The translations under genes and the position numbers were made by a program. This document shows, piece after piece, positions 16,903 through 25,197 of a stretch of 40,099 nucleotides of DNA; within the stretch, counting starts at the first letter, position 1; each line of letters begins with the position of its first letter. The notes beneath the pieces are model-generated. The model saw nothing but the letters and a program-made list of their open reading frames with translations, had not been told where the DNA came from and made no database searches. This stretch comes from Candidatus Aenigmatarchaeota archaeon (GTDB taxonomy: Archaea; Aenigmatarchaeota; Aenigmatarchaeia; CG10238-14; SpSt-28), in contig JAVZSS010000002.1 in the NCBI GenBank assembly GCA_044343155.1, positions 1-40,099 on the forward strand. Reading direction: 5' to 3'.

Positions 16903-16921
16903 AGTATTACTTCGTAATACT
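16903..16921. promoter_or_regulatory. Perfect 8-bp inverted repeat AGTATTAC-ttc-GTAATACT next to a TATA-like box, a putative operator
   Basis: Arms at 16903-16910 and 16914-16921 are exact reverse complements. A TATA-like TTATATAC at 16921-16928 lies about 21-28 nt upstream of the ATG at 16949. Confidence 0.4.
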
Positions 16922-16948
16922 TATATACTTTTCTGTACAAATATAATA

Positions 16949-18103
16949 ATGCCGTTGGTTTGGGCGTCCGAAATATATGTAGAAAAAGAAGACAAAACAG
17001 TTAGGATATTACCTATAGATATAATAGAAAGAAAAGAAATAAACCGAATAGCTCAAAGTTCTAAAAAAGAAGAATGGGAGAGATTTAGTTTTCAATTAGA
17101 AAATGATGAAACCAAAACGATTAAAACTCCTTACCCAGCTAGAATAGGTGGCGGTGTTCTGGCTGTAGTAAGTCTTCCAGAGGGTACGTATTATGCACTA
17201 GTCATGAGGGATGAAAAAGCTCCCTCTTATAAGTTATCCTATGATATATTTGCCGGAATTCCGGATACTACAAATTTAGAAAAAACTATGCATGAGTCTG
17301 GGAACAAGAGACTAGTTATGCCGCAAACGTATCGTTTAATATATGAACAAAATGAGCTTGGGTTTATAGTTAGGTATAAAGATTCTATTGCATTTTATAT
17401 ACCAGTTCTAAGAAATGTTTCAGAAGAAGTGAAACGCCATTTAGTTAGTAGTGCGCTTAGCGGTTATCTTTTACTATCACGAGAAATAAAAATACCAAAA
17501 ATAATAATAGAAGAAAGTGGAGAAATAGGAAGTTTTTCGGAAAGCTATAAAATTCGTGAATACGACATTGAAGGAAAAAATGTAATATCTGAGCTTGGAG
17601 GAGCAACAATAACAGTAGAAAAGGAAAGTGGCAGCGTTGAGGTTATTTGGCCTATTAAAATAACTCCCACTATCGAAGGTGAAATTAGACCCATCGACGC
17701 TCAGCTTGATAGAGTCAAGCCTTTTGGCTATGAAATTATTTTCTATGACATGGAAGCTATTGGAAACTTTGACAATCATGGGGGAACACTAATAATCAAT
17801 GATGTAAATCTGCTTAATAGAAATATAGTTTTACTCTCAACAACCAATCCAAACTCATCATATGGTACTATCGTATATAAAGGTGGTAGAACTATATATA
17901 GAGGGAAGTTAAACGAATGGATTGAAGTTAGTGGCTTGAGAGATGCCATAAGAAGGGGGGAGACAACCGGTCTAACCCCAAAAGTAAAACATTTATATAA
18001 ACTCGGAGAAAAAGATGTGGGCATAACCTTTAGTGGTCGTGAACTTAAATTAGATTCGTTTAGAGAATTAGGCAGAATGTTGTATGAGATAAAAAATATT
18101 TAA
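16949..18103 (+). CDS. Hypothetical protein, 384 aa, no recognisable domain (ORFan in the tRNA-Arg-adjacent island)
   Basis: Long uninterrupted ORF with non-repetitive, globular-looking sequence. GC and use of CCG/GCG/CGT codons are visibly higher than in neighbouring genes. No TM segment or signal peptide. Confidence 0.7.
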   Translation: MPLVWASEIYVEKEDKTVRILPIDIIERKEINRIAQSSKKEEWERFSFQLENDETKTIKTPYPARIGGGVLAVVSLPEGTYYALVMRDEKAPSYKLSYDIFAGIPDTTNLEKTMHESGNKRLVMPQTYRLIYEQNELGFIVRYKDSIAFYIPVLRNVSEEVKRHLVSSALSGYLLLSREIKIPKIIIEESGEIGSFSESYKIREYDIEGKNVISELGGATITVEKESGSVEVIWPIKITPTIEGEIRPIDAQLDRVKPFGYEIIFYDMEAIGNFDNHGGTLIINDVNLLNRNIVLLSTTNPNSSYGTIVYKGGRTIYRGKLNEWIEVSGLRDAIRRGETTGLTPKVKHLYKLGEKDVGITFSGRELKLDSFRELGRMLYEIKNI

Positions 18104-18125
18104 CTTATGTCCTAGCTTATAATTT

Positions 18126-18863
18126 ATGGTAAAAAGAAGGATCTCTCTAACTATCGAGAAAGATTTGGTGAAAAAAGTTGATTATTTAATTGATAAATCA
18201 CTAATAAAAAATCGGTCCCAAGCCTTTGAATTTTTAATAAAAGAATACTTTAGAAGAAAAGAAGTAAAAAAATGCTTCATACTCGTTTCCGATTGGAGAA
18301 ACCAATTTAGAAAAATAAACGACTATCTATTAATATCCCACAACATAAAAAAAATTAAGGAAGCCGGAATAGAGAACATTTTTGTAGTTACCCCTCACGA
18401 AGAGAAATTTCTAAAGATTCCGGAAATAAAAATAATAAAGGAAAGAGAACGATTAGGAAATATAGGAGCTTTATGGTTATGTAAGAACGAGCTAGAAAAT
18501 AACGAAAATTTTCTCACCATTTACGAAAATGTTCTAATAGAATTTGACTTAAGAGAATTATTCAACTTTCATATTTCTAAAAACTCTATAGCCACTTTTG
18601 TTGTTTGTGAATATGAAAGTGAAAAAAGTAGAGATTTAATAAAGATTAGAGGTGATAGAATAGTGGAGTACAAGTGGATTAAAAATGGAATCAAAACAAA
18701 CATATCTGGTTGTGGGGTATTTGTATTCAATGAAAAAATATACAATTTAATTCCAGAAAGAAAAGGTATGTTGGAAGAACTCCTTTTCCCCCTTTTAGCT
18801 AAGAGCGACAATTTCTTCGCTTTCTTCATCCCAAAAGAAGAATGGAGAGAATTTGAAGAATAG
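18126..18863 (+). CDS. Ribbon-helix-helix (NikR/CopG-like) domain fused to a sugar-nucleotidyltransferase-like fold lacking the canonical G-x-G-T-R loop
   Basis: N-terminal RHH RISLTIEKDLVKKVDYLIDKSLIKNRSQAFEFLIKEY. The rest is collinear with NTP_transferase proteins (..IKKIKEAGIENIFVV.., ERERLGNIGALWL vs EEPLGTAGAL, DLRELFNFHISKNSIATF, GCGVFVFNEKIYNLI). The expected LAGGxGTRL site reads LVSDWRNQF. Confidence 0.65.
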   Translation: MVKRRISLTIEKDLVKKVDYLIDKSLIKNRSQAFEFLIKEYFRRKEVKKCFILVSDWRNQFRKINDYLLISHNIKKIKEAGIENIFVVTPHEEKFLKIPEIKIIKERERLGNIGALWLCKNELENNENFLTIYENVLIEFDLRELFNFHISKNSIATFVVCEYESEKSRDLIKIRGDRIVEYKWIKNGIKTNISGCGVFVFNEKIYNLIPERKGMLEELLFPLLAKSDNFFAFFIPKEEWREFEE

Positions 18864-19266
18864 CATCTTAAGTTATTCTGAACTAATCTAAACTTTTGTT
18901 TCTATCTTCAGTTGCAAATTGAACAAAAACTTCACTGAAGCAAAACAATAATTGAGATGAAAGAAAATTAGATTCAAAGACATAAAGAAAGAATTTCATA
19001 ATTACTGGTAACAAAAAATATGAAAGTCGTATCATAAACTAAACTCTTTATAAGAAAAGGTTTTAGCTAGATTTTAATAAATTCATTTCAATTAACTTAA
19101 AACTCTAAAAAACGTAAAGTGAGAAAACAAATCACTCAAATCATTTAAAATTGCTATTATCTACTATTTATGACGCAAAAAACGCCAAGTTTATAGTCTA
19201 TAATATTCAACTGGAGGTTTTTTTATGAAAATCAGAATTTTTTAAGAATAAATCATAGCAAATATT

Positions 19267-20415
19267 ATGATAAATAACTCCATAATCATAAGATATAGTG
19301 AAATTTTCATTAAATCTGAAAATGTTTTTAGAATTTATGAAAGAAAGCTATTGGGAAATATAGCTAAACATTTAAATAAAAGTAAAATTGAAGCTAAAAT
19401 TAAAACCGAAAGAGGAAGGATTTTTTTATTTACAGAAAAAATTGAAGAATGTTTGAAAATATTAAATAACATTTTTGGAATACAATCTTTTTCTCCAGCT
19501 ATCTACTTATCAACAACTAATAAAGAAGATTTGGCAAAATTCATTTCAAAATATTATGAAACTCTAATTCCTGAAGGAAAAACTTTTGCAATTAGAGTTA
19601 ACAAAGGTATTGATGCTGATTATAAGAGTAAAGAATTAGAAGCTTATTTAGGTAGTTTTGTTAAAAGAAAAGTAAATTTAGAAAATCCGGACATAGAAAT
19701 AAATTTTGATATTAGAAAGATCGGCACTTTTGTCTATACTACTAATATTAAAGGTTTAGGAGGATTACCAATATCAGCCTCTGGTAAAGTTATATCACTA
19801 ATTTCTGGCGGCATAGATTCTGCAGTTTCAAGCTATTTTGCAATGAAGAGAGGATGTGAAGTTGTATATCTTCATTTTAGTAGCTTTCCTATAGCCTCAA
19901 AAAAGAGTATAGAAAAAGTAGAAAAGTTAATTGAAGTTTTGAACAAATTCCAAGTTAAAAGTAAGCTATATATAGCAAACATTGGAGAATACCAATTAAA
20001 AATGAAAAGTGTTGCTAATCCGAAATACTTAGTTGTTTTATACAGAAGATTAATGTTTAGAGTCGCAGAAAAAATTGCTGAAATGGAAAATGCAAAAGCA
20101 CTAGTTACTGGAGAAAGTGTAGGACAAGTTTCTTCTCAAACTCTACATAATTTAAAACTAATAGAGGAAGTTGTTAAAATTCCTATACTTAGACCATTAA
20201 TAGGATTTAACAAGGATGAAATTATAGAAATTGCAAAAAAAATAGGAACCTATAAAATTTCTATAATTCCGTGTGAAGACACTTGCAGTATGTTTGTTGG
20301 CAGACATTCTTCAGCAGCCGCAAATGAAAATAAAGTAAAAGAATATGAGAAGACTTTAGGAATAAACAAAATGGTAAAAAAAATATTAAAAGAGATTGAA
20401 ACTAGGGAAATTTAA
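19267..20415 (+). CDS. thiI: tRNA 4-thiouridine synthase / sulfurtransferase ThiI (THUMP + PP-loop)
   Basis: N-terminal THUMP-like region (IIIRYSEIFIKSENV...) and PP-loop SLISGGIDSAVSSY. No rhodanese domain. Confidence 0.88.
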   Translation: MINNSIIIRYSEIFIKSENVFRIYERKLLGNIAKHLNKSKIEAKIKTERGRIFLFTEKIEECLKILNNIFGIQSFSPAIYLSTTNKEDLAKFISKYYETLIPEGKTFAIRVNKGIDADYKSKELEAYLGSFVKRKVNLENPDIEINFDIRKIGTFVYTTNIKGLGGLPISASGKVISLISGGIDSAVSSYFAMKRGCEVVYLHFSSFPIASKKSIEKVEKLIEVLNKFQVKSKLYIANIGEYQLKMKSVANPKYLVVLYRRLMFRVAEKIAEMENAKALVTGESVGQVSSQTLHNLKLIEEVVKIPILRPLIGFNKDEIIEIAKKIGTYKISIIPCEDTCSMFVGRHSSAAANENKVKEYEKTLGINKMVKKILKEIETREI

Positions 20416-20768
20416 GATTTCTCTTTTTTCTTTTTAGTTTTCTTTTCTTCAACTTTCTTTTCTTCTTTTTTGTTATCTGAAATTTCCTTTAATTCTGCTT
20501 CTGATGGTAGTTTCAAGCCTAACTTTTCATATAGCTTAGATTTCTTCCAAGCCTCTAAAACCTCTTTATCGTCAGCTTCTTCTTTTATTTCTAGTTTATA
20601 GCTAGTTGGTTGGAGATGTATTACATTTGCTCTTCTTCTTTTTACTCCAGTTAATTTTTTCGGACCTGTTACTAAAACAAAGTTTTTATCAATTTTCTTA
20701 ACTACCACGCAGTATTTTCCTTTTTCCCTACCTACTAGCTTAACACATATGCTACCTACTTCTAACAT
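20412..20768 (-). CDS. rpl14e: 50S ribosomal protein L14e (eL14) with a Lys-rich C-terminal tail
   Basis: KOW-like core LEVGSICVKLVGREKGKYCVVVKKIDKNFVLVTGPKKLTGVKRRRANVIHLQPT. Tail is SDNKKEEKKVEEKKTKKKKEKS. Confidence 0.85.
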   Translation of the reverse strand: MLEVGSICVKLVGREKGKYCVVVKKIDKNFVLVTGPKKLTGVKRRRANVIHLQPTSYKLEIKEEADDKEVLEAWKKSKLYEKLGLKLPSEAELKEISDNKKEEKKVEEKKTKKKKEKS

Positions 20769-21226
20769 TAGCTCACCTCTAGCAATTTAGTTAATACTGT
20801 ACTAATTATAAATGTTAAGATTATATAGAAATAAATTATTTGAATATTTTGAAATGGAAAACTTATGGGAAGTTTGACATAGTTTCCAGAGTAGTTATAC
20901 TGTATCCAAGACAAACAGAATATACCAATTACTAAAGAAACCGCTAAAATTTTAAAAGTTTGCTTGAAAATAGTAGCATTTAACTTAATCAATCTATTAA
21001 ACAACTCTTCTTCTTTTTCTTTGTTTTTTAAAATTCTCTCTCTAATTTCATCCATTTCTTTTCTCAATTTCTTAATTTCTTCGTTACCTAGAAATTTTTT
21101 TCTAAAAAACAGAGTTATTAAAGTAAAAATTAAAGTTAATATCAATATGCTTATAATTGGGTTTAAACTATTTAGAGGAAAAAACAAAACATCTACAAAT
21201 TTTCCTATGTAAGATAGATTATTCAT
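20768..21226 (-). CDS. DUF106/EMC3-TMCO1-like membrane protein (archaeal YidC/Oxa1-like insertase candidate)
   Basis: TM, then a basic coiled-coil (KKLRKEMDEIRERILKNKEKEEELFNRLIKLN), then TM-TM topology. It occupies the position after secY where DUF106 genes sit in archaeal spc operons. ATGA overlap with secY and TAATG overlap with rpl14e. Confidence 0.55.
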   Translation of the reverse strand: MNNLSYIGKFVDVLFFPLNSLNPIISILILTLIFTLITLFFRKKFLGNEEIKKLRKEMDEIRERILKNKEKEEELFNRLIKLNATIFKQTFKILAVSLVIGIFCLSWIQYNYSGNYVKLPISFPFQNIQIIYFYIILTFIISTVLTKLLEVS

Positions 21227-22665
21227 TTACCCTCACCTAAAATATTTAATAATATCTTAGGTGCTCCTTCCAAATCCTCATTCTTTATAATTTCATATGT
21301 GTTATAAGCTATGGTAACTGCTAAAAGTAAACCAGTTCCTGAACCTATTGCCCCCAACCAATCAGCTATTATTGTCAAAACCCCAATAAAAAACCCACTT
21401 AATACTGAAAGTGGAGAAATATACTTGTTTAATACAGATTCTATTACTCTGGGGTCTCTTCTATACCCAGGAACTTGCATTCCTATTATATATAGTTGCT
21501 CAGCTATGGACTTTGCATCCATACCACTGGTATTTACCCAAATAACGGAAAATAAAATACAACCAACTATCATAATCAAAGAATAAACAAAAAAGTGTAA
21601 TATTAGAGTTTTAAAATTAGTACCATACAAAATTTCATTAACAATCCCTCTAGGTGCAGAAATATAGTAAACTATTCCACTTATTGGGTTTCCATTAGAA
21701 TCATAACACCCAAAAAAATTGCAATATTTCCCTGGAGAAACTTCCTGTAACCCAATTCTTCCCATCATTTGAATGTTCATCAATAAAGCCCACATAAATA
21801 TTACAGGAATATTACTAGTATAGAGAAGCTTTAAACTCCATGCCCTTCCAAATCCCTTGAACATTGAAAATGCGAGCGGTATCTCAATATTTATTGCTTG
21901 GATATAAACAACTAAAAGAAATACTATAGCAGTAGATAAAATTGGGAAAAAGGCAAGTAAAGCGTTTGTAGGATTATTATTATAAAAATTTATTAAAAAT
22001 TGCCAAAAAAGGCCAACTGGTGGATTGTTTAAGGAAGGTATACATGCAGATAATGTATTTATAGAACAACCAGAAGGAAATGGAGAAAAAATTCTAATAA
22101 AGATTTGGGACGCTATTCCGGCCATTATAAACAAACTAACTCCAGAACCTATTCCCCACTTATTTATAGCCTCATCAAACAATATTACTAAAATTCCTCC
22201 CAAAGCTATTTGGAATATAACTAAAGGTAAAAAAATTGTGATTGTATGTAGTGGTCCTAAAAAAACATATGCAGCAGCTTCAACAAAAGCTAAAACAAAG
22301 GCAAGAGTTTTGTTCCACATCTCAAATTTTTTTCTACCCTCTTTTGTTGTTGTATCTAAATTTATTATTTTTGACCCTACTAAAAGTTGTAATATTATTC
22401 CTGCAGTAACTATTGGACCTATCCCTAATGTTAATAAACTGCCGAATCGTGCACCTAACAAATGCTGCAAAGTTATGAAATATTGGGCTTGGGGGGAAAG
22501 ACTTAGGCCAACAATTGGAACATAAGAAAGAAAGAAATAAGCAAATAAAATCAAAATTGTCCACTTCAGTTTTTCCCTTATACTTATTTTGTATAGAGGA
22601 TCAACTACCGTAGGTAAATAAATGTAAATTCTTTCTGCTATTTCACCCAGCTTCATTATTATCAA
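21223..22665 (-). CDS. secY: Preprotein translocase subunit SecY
   Basis: 480 aa, 10-TM pattern, with conserved blocks GIGPIVTAGIILQLL and SNIPVIF. Follows L15 as in all archaea. Confidence 0.95.
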   Translation of the reverse strand: MIIMKLGEIAERIYIYLPTVVDPLYKISIREKLKWTILILFAYFFLSYVPIVGLSLSPQAQYFITLQHLLGARFGSLLTLGIGPIVTAGIILQLLVGSKIINLDTTTKEGRKKFEMWNKTLAFVLAFVEAAAYVFLGPLHTITIFLPLVIFQIALGGILVILFDEAINKWGIGSGVSLFIMAGIASQIFIRIFSPFPSGCSINTLSACIPSLNNPPVGLFWQFLINFYNNNPTNALLAFFPILSTAIVFLLVVYIQAINIEIPLAFSMFKGFGRAWSLKLLYTSNIPVIFMWALLMNIQMMGRIGLQEVSPGKYCNFFGCYDSNGNPISGIVYYISAPRGIVNEILYGTNFKTLILHFFVYSLIMIVGCILFSVIWVNTSGMDAKSIAEQLYIIGMQVPGYRRDPRVIESVLNKYISPLSVLSGFFIGVLTIIADWLGAIGSGTGLLLAVTIAYNTYEIIKNEDLEGAPKILLNILGEGK

Positions 22666-22681
22666 TTATAGATACTGAAAT

Positions 22682-23089
22682 TTAACTCTTTAGAATTATC
22701 TCTCCACCAACATTTTTTACTTTTTCAATAGCTTTTTTGGAAGCTTTAAGAGCTTCTATTGTGGCTCTAAACTTTAAATTTCCTTTTCCCAAGATTTTCT
22801 CATAACCATAATCCAAAATATTTATTCTTATATTGTTTTTATCTATTTTTCCTTCTTCGATTAATTTTTCTATCAAATAGTTCAAATCCTCTAAGTTTAT
22901 AACTTTATATTCCTTTCTTAATGGATACCTAAATCCTCTTTTATCTTCTCTTTCCAAAAATTTAAAAATATGTTTGTGTTTGCTGACATTACCCCTTCCC
23001 CCTTTATGTCCTCCCCCTTTTCTATTTTTATGATGCCCATGATAAGTTCTCTCTCCTCTTCTTCTTTTCTTTTCTCTTCTCACTACCAT
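22682..23089 (-). CDS. rpl15: 50S ribosomal protein L15 (uL15)
   Basis: Gly/Lys-rich N-terminus KKRRRGERTYHGHHKNRKGGGHKGGRGN, at the operon position after L30. Confidence 0.93.
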   Translation of the reverse strand: MVVRREKKRRRGERTYHGHHKNRKGGGHKGGRGNVSKHKHIFKFLEREDKRGFRYPLRKEYKVINLEDLNYLIEKLIEEGKIDKNNIRINILDYGYEKILGKGNLKFRATIEALKASKKAIEKVKNVGGEIILKS

Positions 23090-23554
23090 CTAAATCATCC
23101 TTTTAATTAGTTCATTTATTTCTTTTCCTCTATATCCCAAATCTCCTTTGGGCCAATGCTCCTTTATACTTTTTAATCCTTTAGAAGGAGGCCTAAGTCT
23201 AAAGTATGGTTGTAAAACTTCAAAATCTTTTAATTTAACTTTTCCAGAAATTAAGGCATCTGCAAAATCTTCAAATGTTGAAAACCCAGTAACTTTTTTC
23301 AGATCTTCTTCACTAACTTTTTTATTCCCTTTTCCTTTCATTCTTAATCTTTTTTTAAGAAGCATAACTAACGTTTCTTTTTCTATTTCGCCATATGTTA
23401 TAAAATCTTTGACTTTTTCTAACATACCCTTTATACTCTCATTTTCAGGAAACAAATTACAATTAAACTTATACTTTAATCTTAGTAATTTTAACGTATC
23501 TTCAATTCTTTTAGGCACTCCAACACAGCCTCTTAATCTAATAGCTACAAACAT
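23090..23554 (-). CDS. rpl30: 50S ribosomal protein L30 (uL30)
   Basis: MFVAIRLRGCVGVPKRIEDTLKLLRL start and archaeal long-form length (154 aa). Abuts L15. Confidence 0.92.
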   Translation of the reverse strand: MFVAIRLRGCVGVPKRIEDTLKLLRLKYKFNCNLFPENESIKGMLEKVKDFITYGEIEKETLVMLLKKRLRMKGKGNKKVSEEDLKKVTGFSTFEDFADALISGKVKLKDFEVLQPYFRLRPPSKGLKSIKEHWPKGDLGYRGKEINELIKRMI

Positions 23555-23556
23555 TT

Positions 23557-24252
23557 TTATTCCCTCTCATAAATGTATAGTTTCTTAAGAGCATCATATA
23601 TTGCCCCAATTAAATTTATGTGCATACTAGTATTTCCAAAAGTCTTTACCCAAACATCTTTTATACCAACTAATCTTAAAATTTTTTTGCTTTCATCATC
23701 CGCAACCAAACCAACACCCTTTGGAGCAGGATATAAAATAACCTTAACACTACCACACTTTCCCTCAACCTTATAGGGAATTGAATGCTCAGTGCCACAA
23801 CCACATTCCCAACTGCCACACCCCCTTTTAACTTTTATAATATTTAATTTAGCTCTCCTTCTTGCTTTTTCTATTGCTCTCTTTGCATCAACAGAAACCC
23901 CCTTACCTATACCAACATAACCATTTTCATTACCAATTACAATAAAAGCCGACATTCTAAATCTTCTTCCCGATTTTTTCATTCTAGCGGTAACTCTAAT
24001 AGGAATTCTTTGAGCGCCTCCACCCTTTCCAGTCCTTTTTCCTATTAAAATCAATTCCTCTTTTAAACCTGGAAGTAAATAATCTACAATTTCTTCCTCT
24101 AAAATCCTTTTTCCACTTTCTAAAATTTCATCTATACTCTTAATTTTTCCTTCTAGAACAGCTCTACCTAAAGATGTTTTTGGTACCCATATCTTTTCTT
24201 TTTCTGGAGCTTTAAGCTCCCCTTCAACTTCCTCTCCTTTTTCCTCAACCAT
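23557..24252 (-). CDS. rps5: 30S ribosomal protein S5 (uS5)
   Basis: dsRBD-like plus S5 C-terminal domain: RFRMSAFIVIGNENGYVGIGKGVSVDAKRAIEKA ... GSVKVILYPAPKGVGLVA. Confidence 0.95.
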   Translation of the reverse strand: MVEEKGEEVEGELKAPEKEKIWVPKTSLGRAVLEGKIKSIDEILESGKRILEEEIVDYLLPGLKEELILIGKRTGKGGGAQRIPIRVTARMKKSGRRFRMSAFIVIGNENGYVGIGKGVSVDAKRAIEKARRRAKLNIIKVKRGCGSWECGCGTEHSIPYKVEGKCGSVKVILYPAPKGVGLVADDESKKILRLVGIKDVWVKTFGNTSMHINLIGAIYDALKKLYIYERE

Positions 24253-24254
24253 TA

Positions 24255-24770
24255 TTATCCCTCTTTATCAATAGCATTCTTTACTTCTTCAAAATTATTT
24301 ACAACATTTTCATTAATATGCATTCCTTTTATTCTATTTTCATCTGGAAAAATAGAAGGATCATGAGGAACTATCAAACCAGCATCTATAGCTCCTTTTA
24401 AAAATGCGTATGCCCTATTTCCTTTTGTTGACGAATACAAACCTAAATCGAAAACTGCCTCATTTATACCATTTTTAATTGCTTTTTTTGCAAGAAGATA
24501 ACCAGTTAAGTATGCTGCTGGCGTATTATCACAAGCATACTTCCATCCAAATTTTTTAAGAACCTTAGATGTTAAACCAACTAAAGTTCTATCTCCTTTT
24601 TTATCGAAAGAAATAATTTGCCCTATTATATATTTTAAGGTTCTCCTAAAAACTAATCTTGGTTTCTTAGAAAGCAGTAATTTTAACCTCTTTCTGTAAT
24701 TAGTTTTTCCTTCTCTCCTTCTTCTAAAATGAATTCTATATGTTGGAGAAATCTTTGGCATTTTATTCAC
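24255..24770 (-). CDS. rpl18: 50S ribosomal protein L18 (uL18)
   Basis: YRIHFRRRREGKTNYRKRLKLL N-terminus and NRAYAFLKGAIDAGL. Confidence 0.95.
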   Translation of the reverse strand: MNKMPKISPTYRIHFRRRREGKTNYRKRLKLLLSKKPRLVFRRTLKYIIGQIISFDKKGDRTLVGLTSKVLKKFGWKYACDNTPAAYLTGYLLAKKAIKNGINEAVFDLGLYSSTKGNRAYAFLKGAIDAGLIVPHDPSIFPDENRIKGMHINENVVNNFEEVKNAIDKEG

Positions 24771-25197
24771 CCTTCAAAAGATTGTGTTGTTTAAGATATA
24801 GCTCTAAGTGTGCTCTACTCTTAAACATTCCACCTTTTATTAAAGCTCTTATTTTTCTATAAGTTCTATTATCTATCTTACCTTCTTCTTTTAGTTCTTT
24901 AGCATATCTTCTTAAAACTCTAACCAGTCTTATCCATCTTTCCTTTCTAGAAACAATCGAATATTTTTTACCTTTTCTACTACCATGATACCTTCTTCTT
25001 TTTTCTTTTTCCTTAGGTCTTGGTAGCTTTTCTTTTTTCTTTTTTATGTAACCTTTTTTAATAAGCCTCCTTATATCGGCTGCAGAAACCGCCTTCTCAA
25101 TTTCTGAAATCTTAGTCGGATCTAACCATATCTTACTTTCTCCAACACCAAATATTCTTGCTGCCAATCTCTTTTGTAGCTTCATAATATCACTCAT
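24763..25197 (-). CDS. rpl19e: 50S ribosomal protein L19e (eL19)
   Basis: LQKRLAARIFGVGESKIWLDP and a basic middle region RRYHGSRKGKK. Confidence 0.95.
   Translation of the reverse strand: MSDIMKLQKRLAARIFGVGESKIWLDPTKISEIEKAVSAADIRRLIKKGYIKKKKEKLPRPKEKEKRRRYHGSRKGKKYSIVSRKERWIRLVRVLRRYAKELKEEGKIDNRTYRKIRALIKGGMFKSRAHLELYLKQHNLLKGE

Noticed and set aside
17477-18829. Minus-strand ORFs 17477..17779, 17776..18024 and 18569..18829 inside the island genes
   Set aside because: They are shorter than and fully nested in the long plus-strand ORFs. The translations are low-complexity (F/Y/S/N-rich). The plus-strand frames are far more protein-like.
16749-19140. AAATCACTCAAA 12-mers (16749-16760 and 19129-19140) as definite att sites
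   Set aside because: In AT-rich flanks of this size a 12-bp match has a non-negligible chance probability. My rough estimate is of order 0.1-0.2. It is kept only as weak supporting evidence in the island finding.
18864-19266. Replication origin (ORB/mini-ORB repeats) in the long intergenic region
   Set aside because: Only a weak 8/13 resemblance to the mini-ORB core (TTCAACTGGAGGT, around 19207-19219). There are no repeated ORB copies and no orc1/cdc6 gene nearby.
22025-22525. 166-aa plus-strand ORF, with 21311..21586 and 22334..22564, inside secY
   Set aside because: These are antisense or alternate-frame shadows of a confidently identified SecY gene. They have low-complexity hydrophobic or Lys-rich translations and no motifs.
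23148-23776. Plus-strand ORFs 23148..23588 and 23573..23776
   Set aside because: They are antisense to rpl30 and rps5, with Ser/Phe/Leu-rich shadow translations typical of AT-rich DNA.
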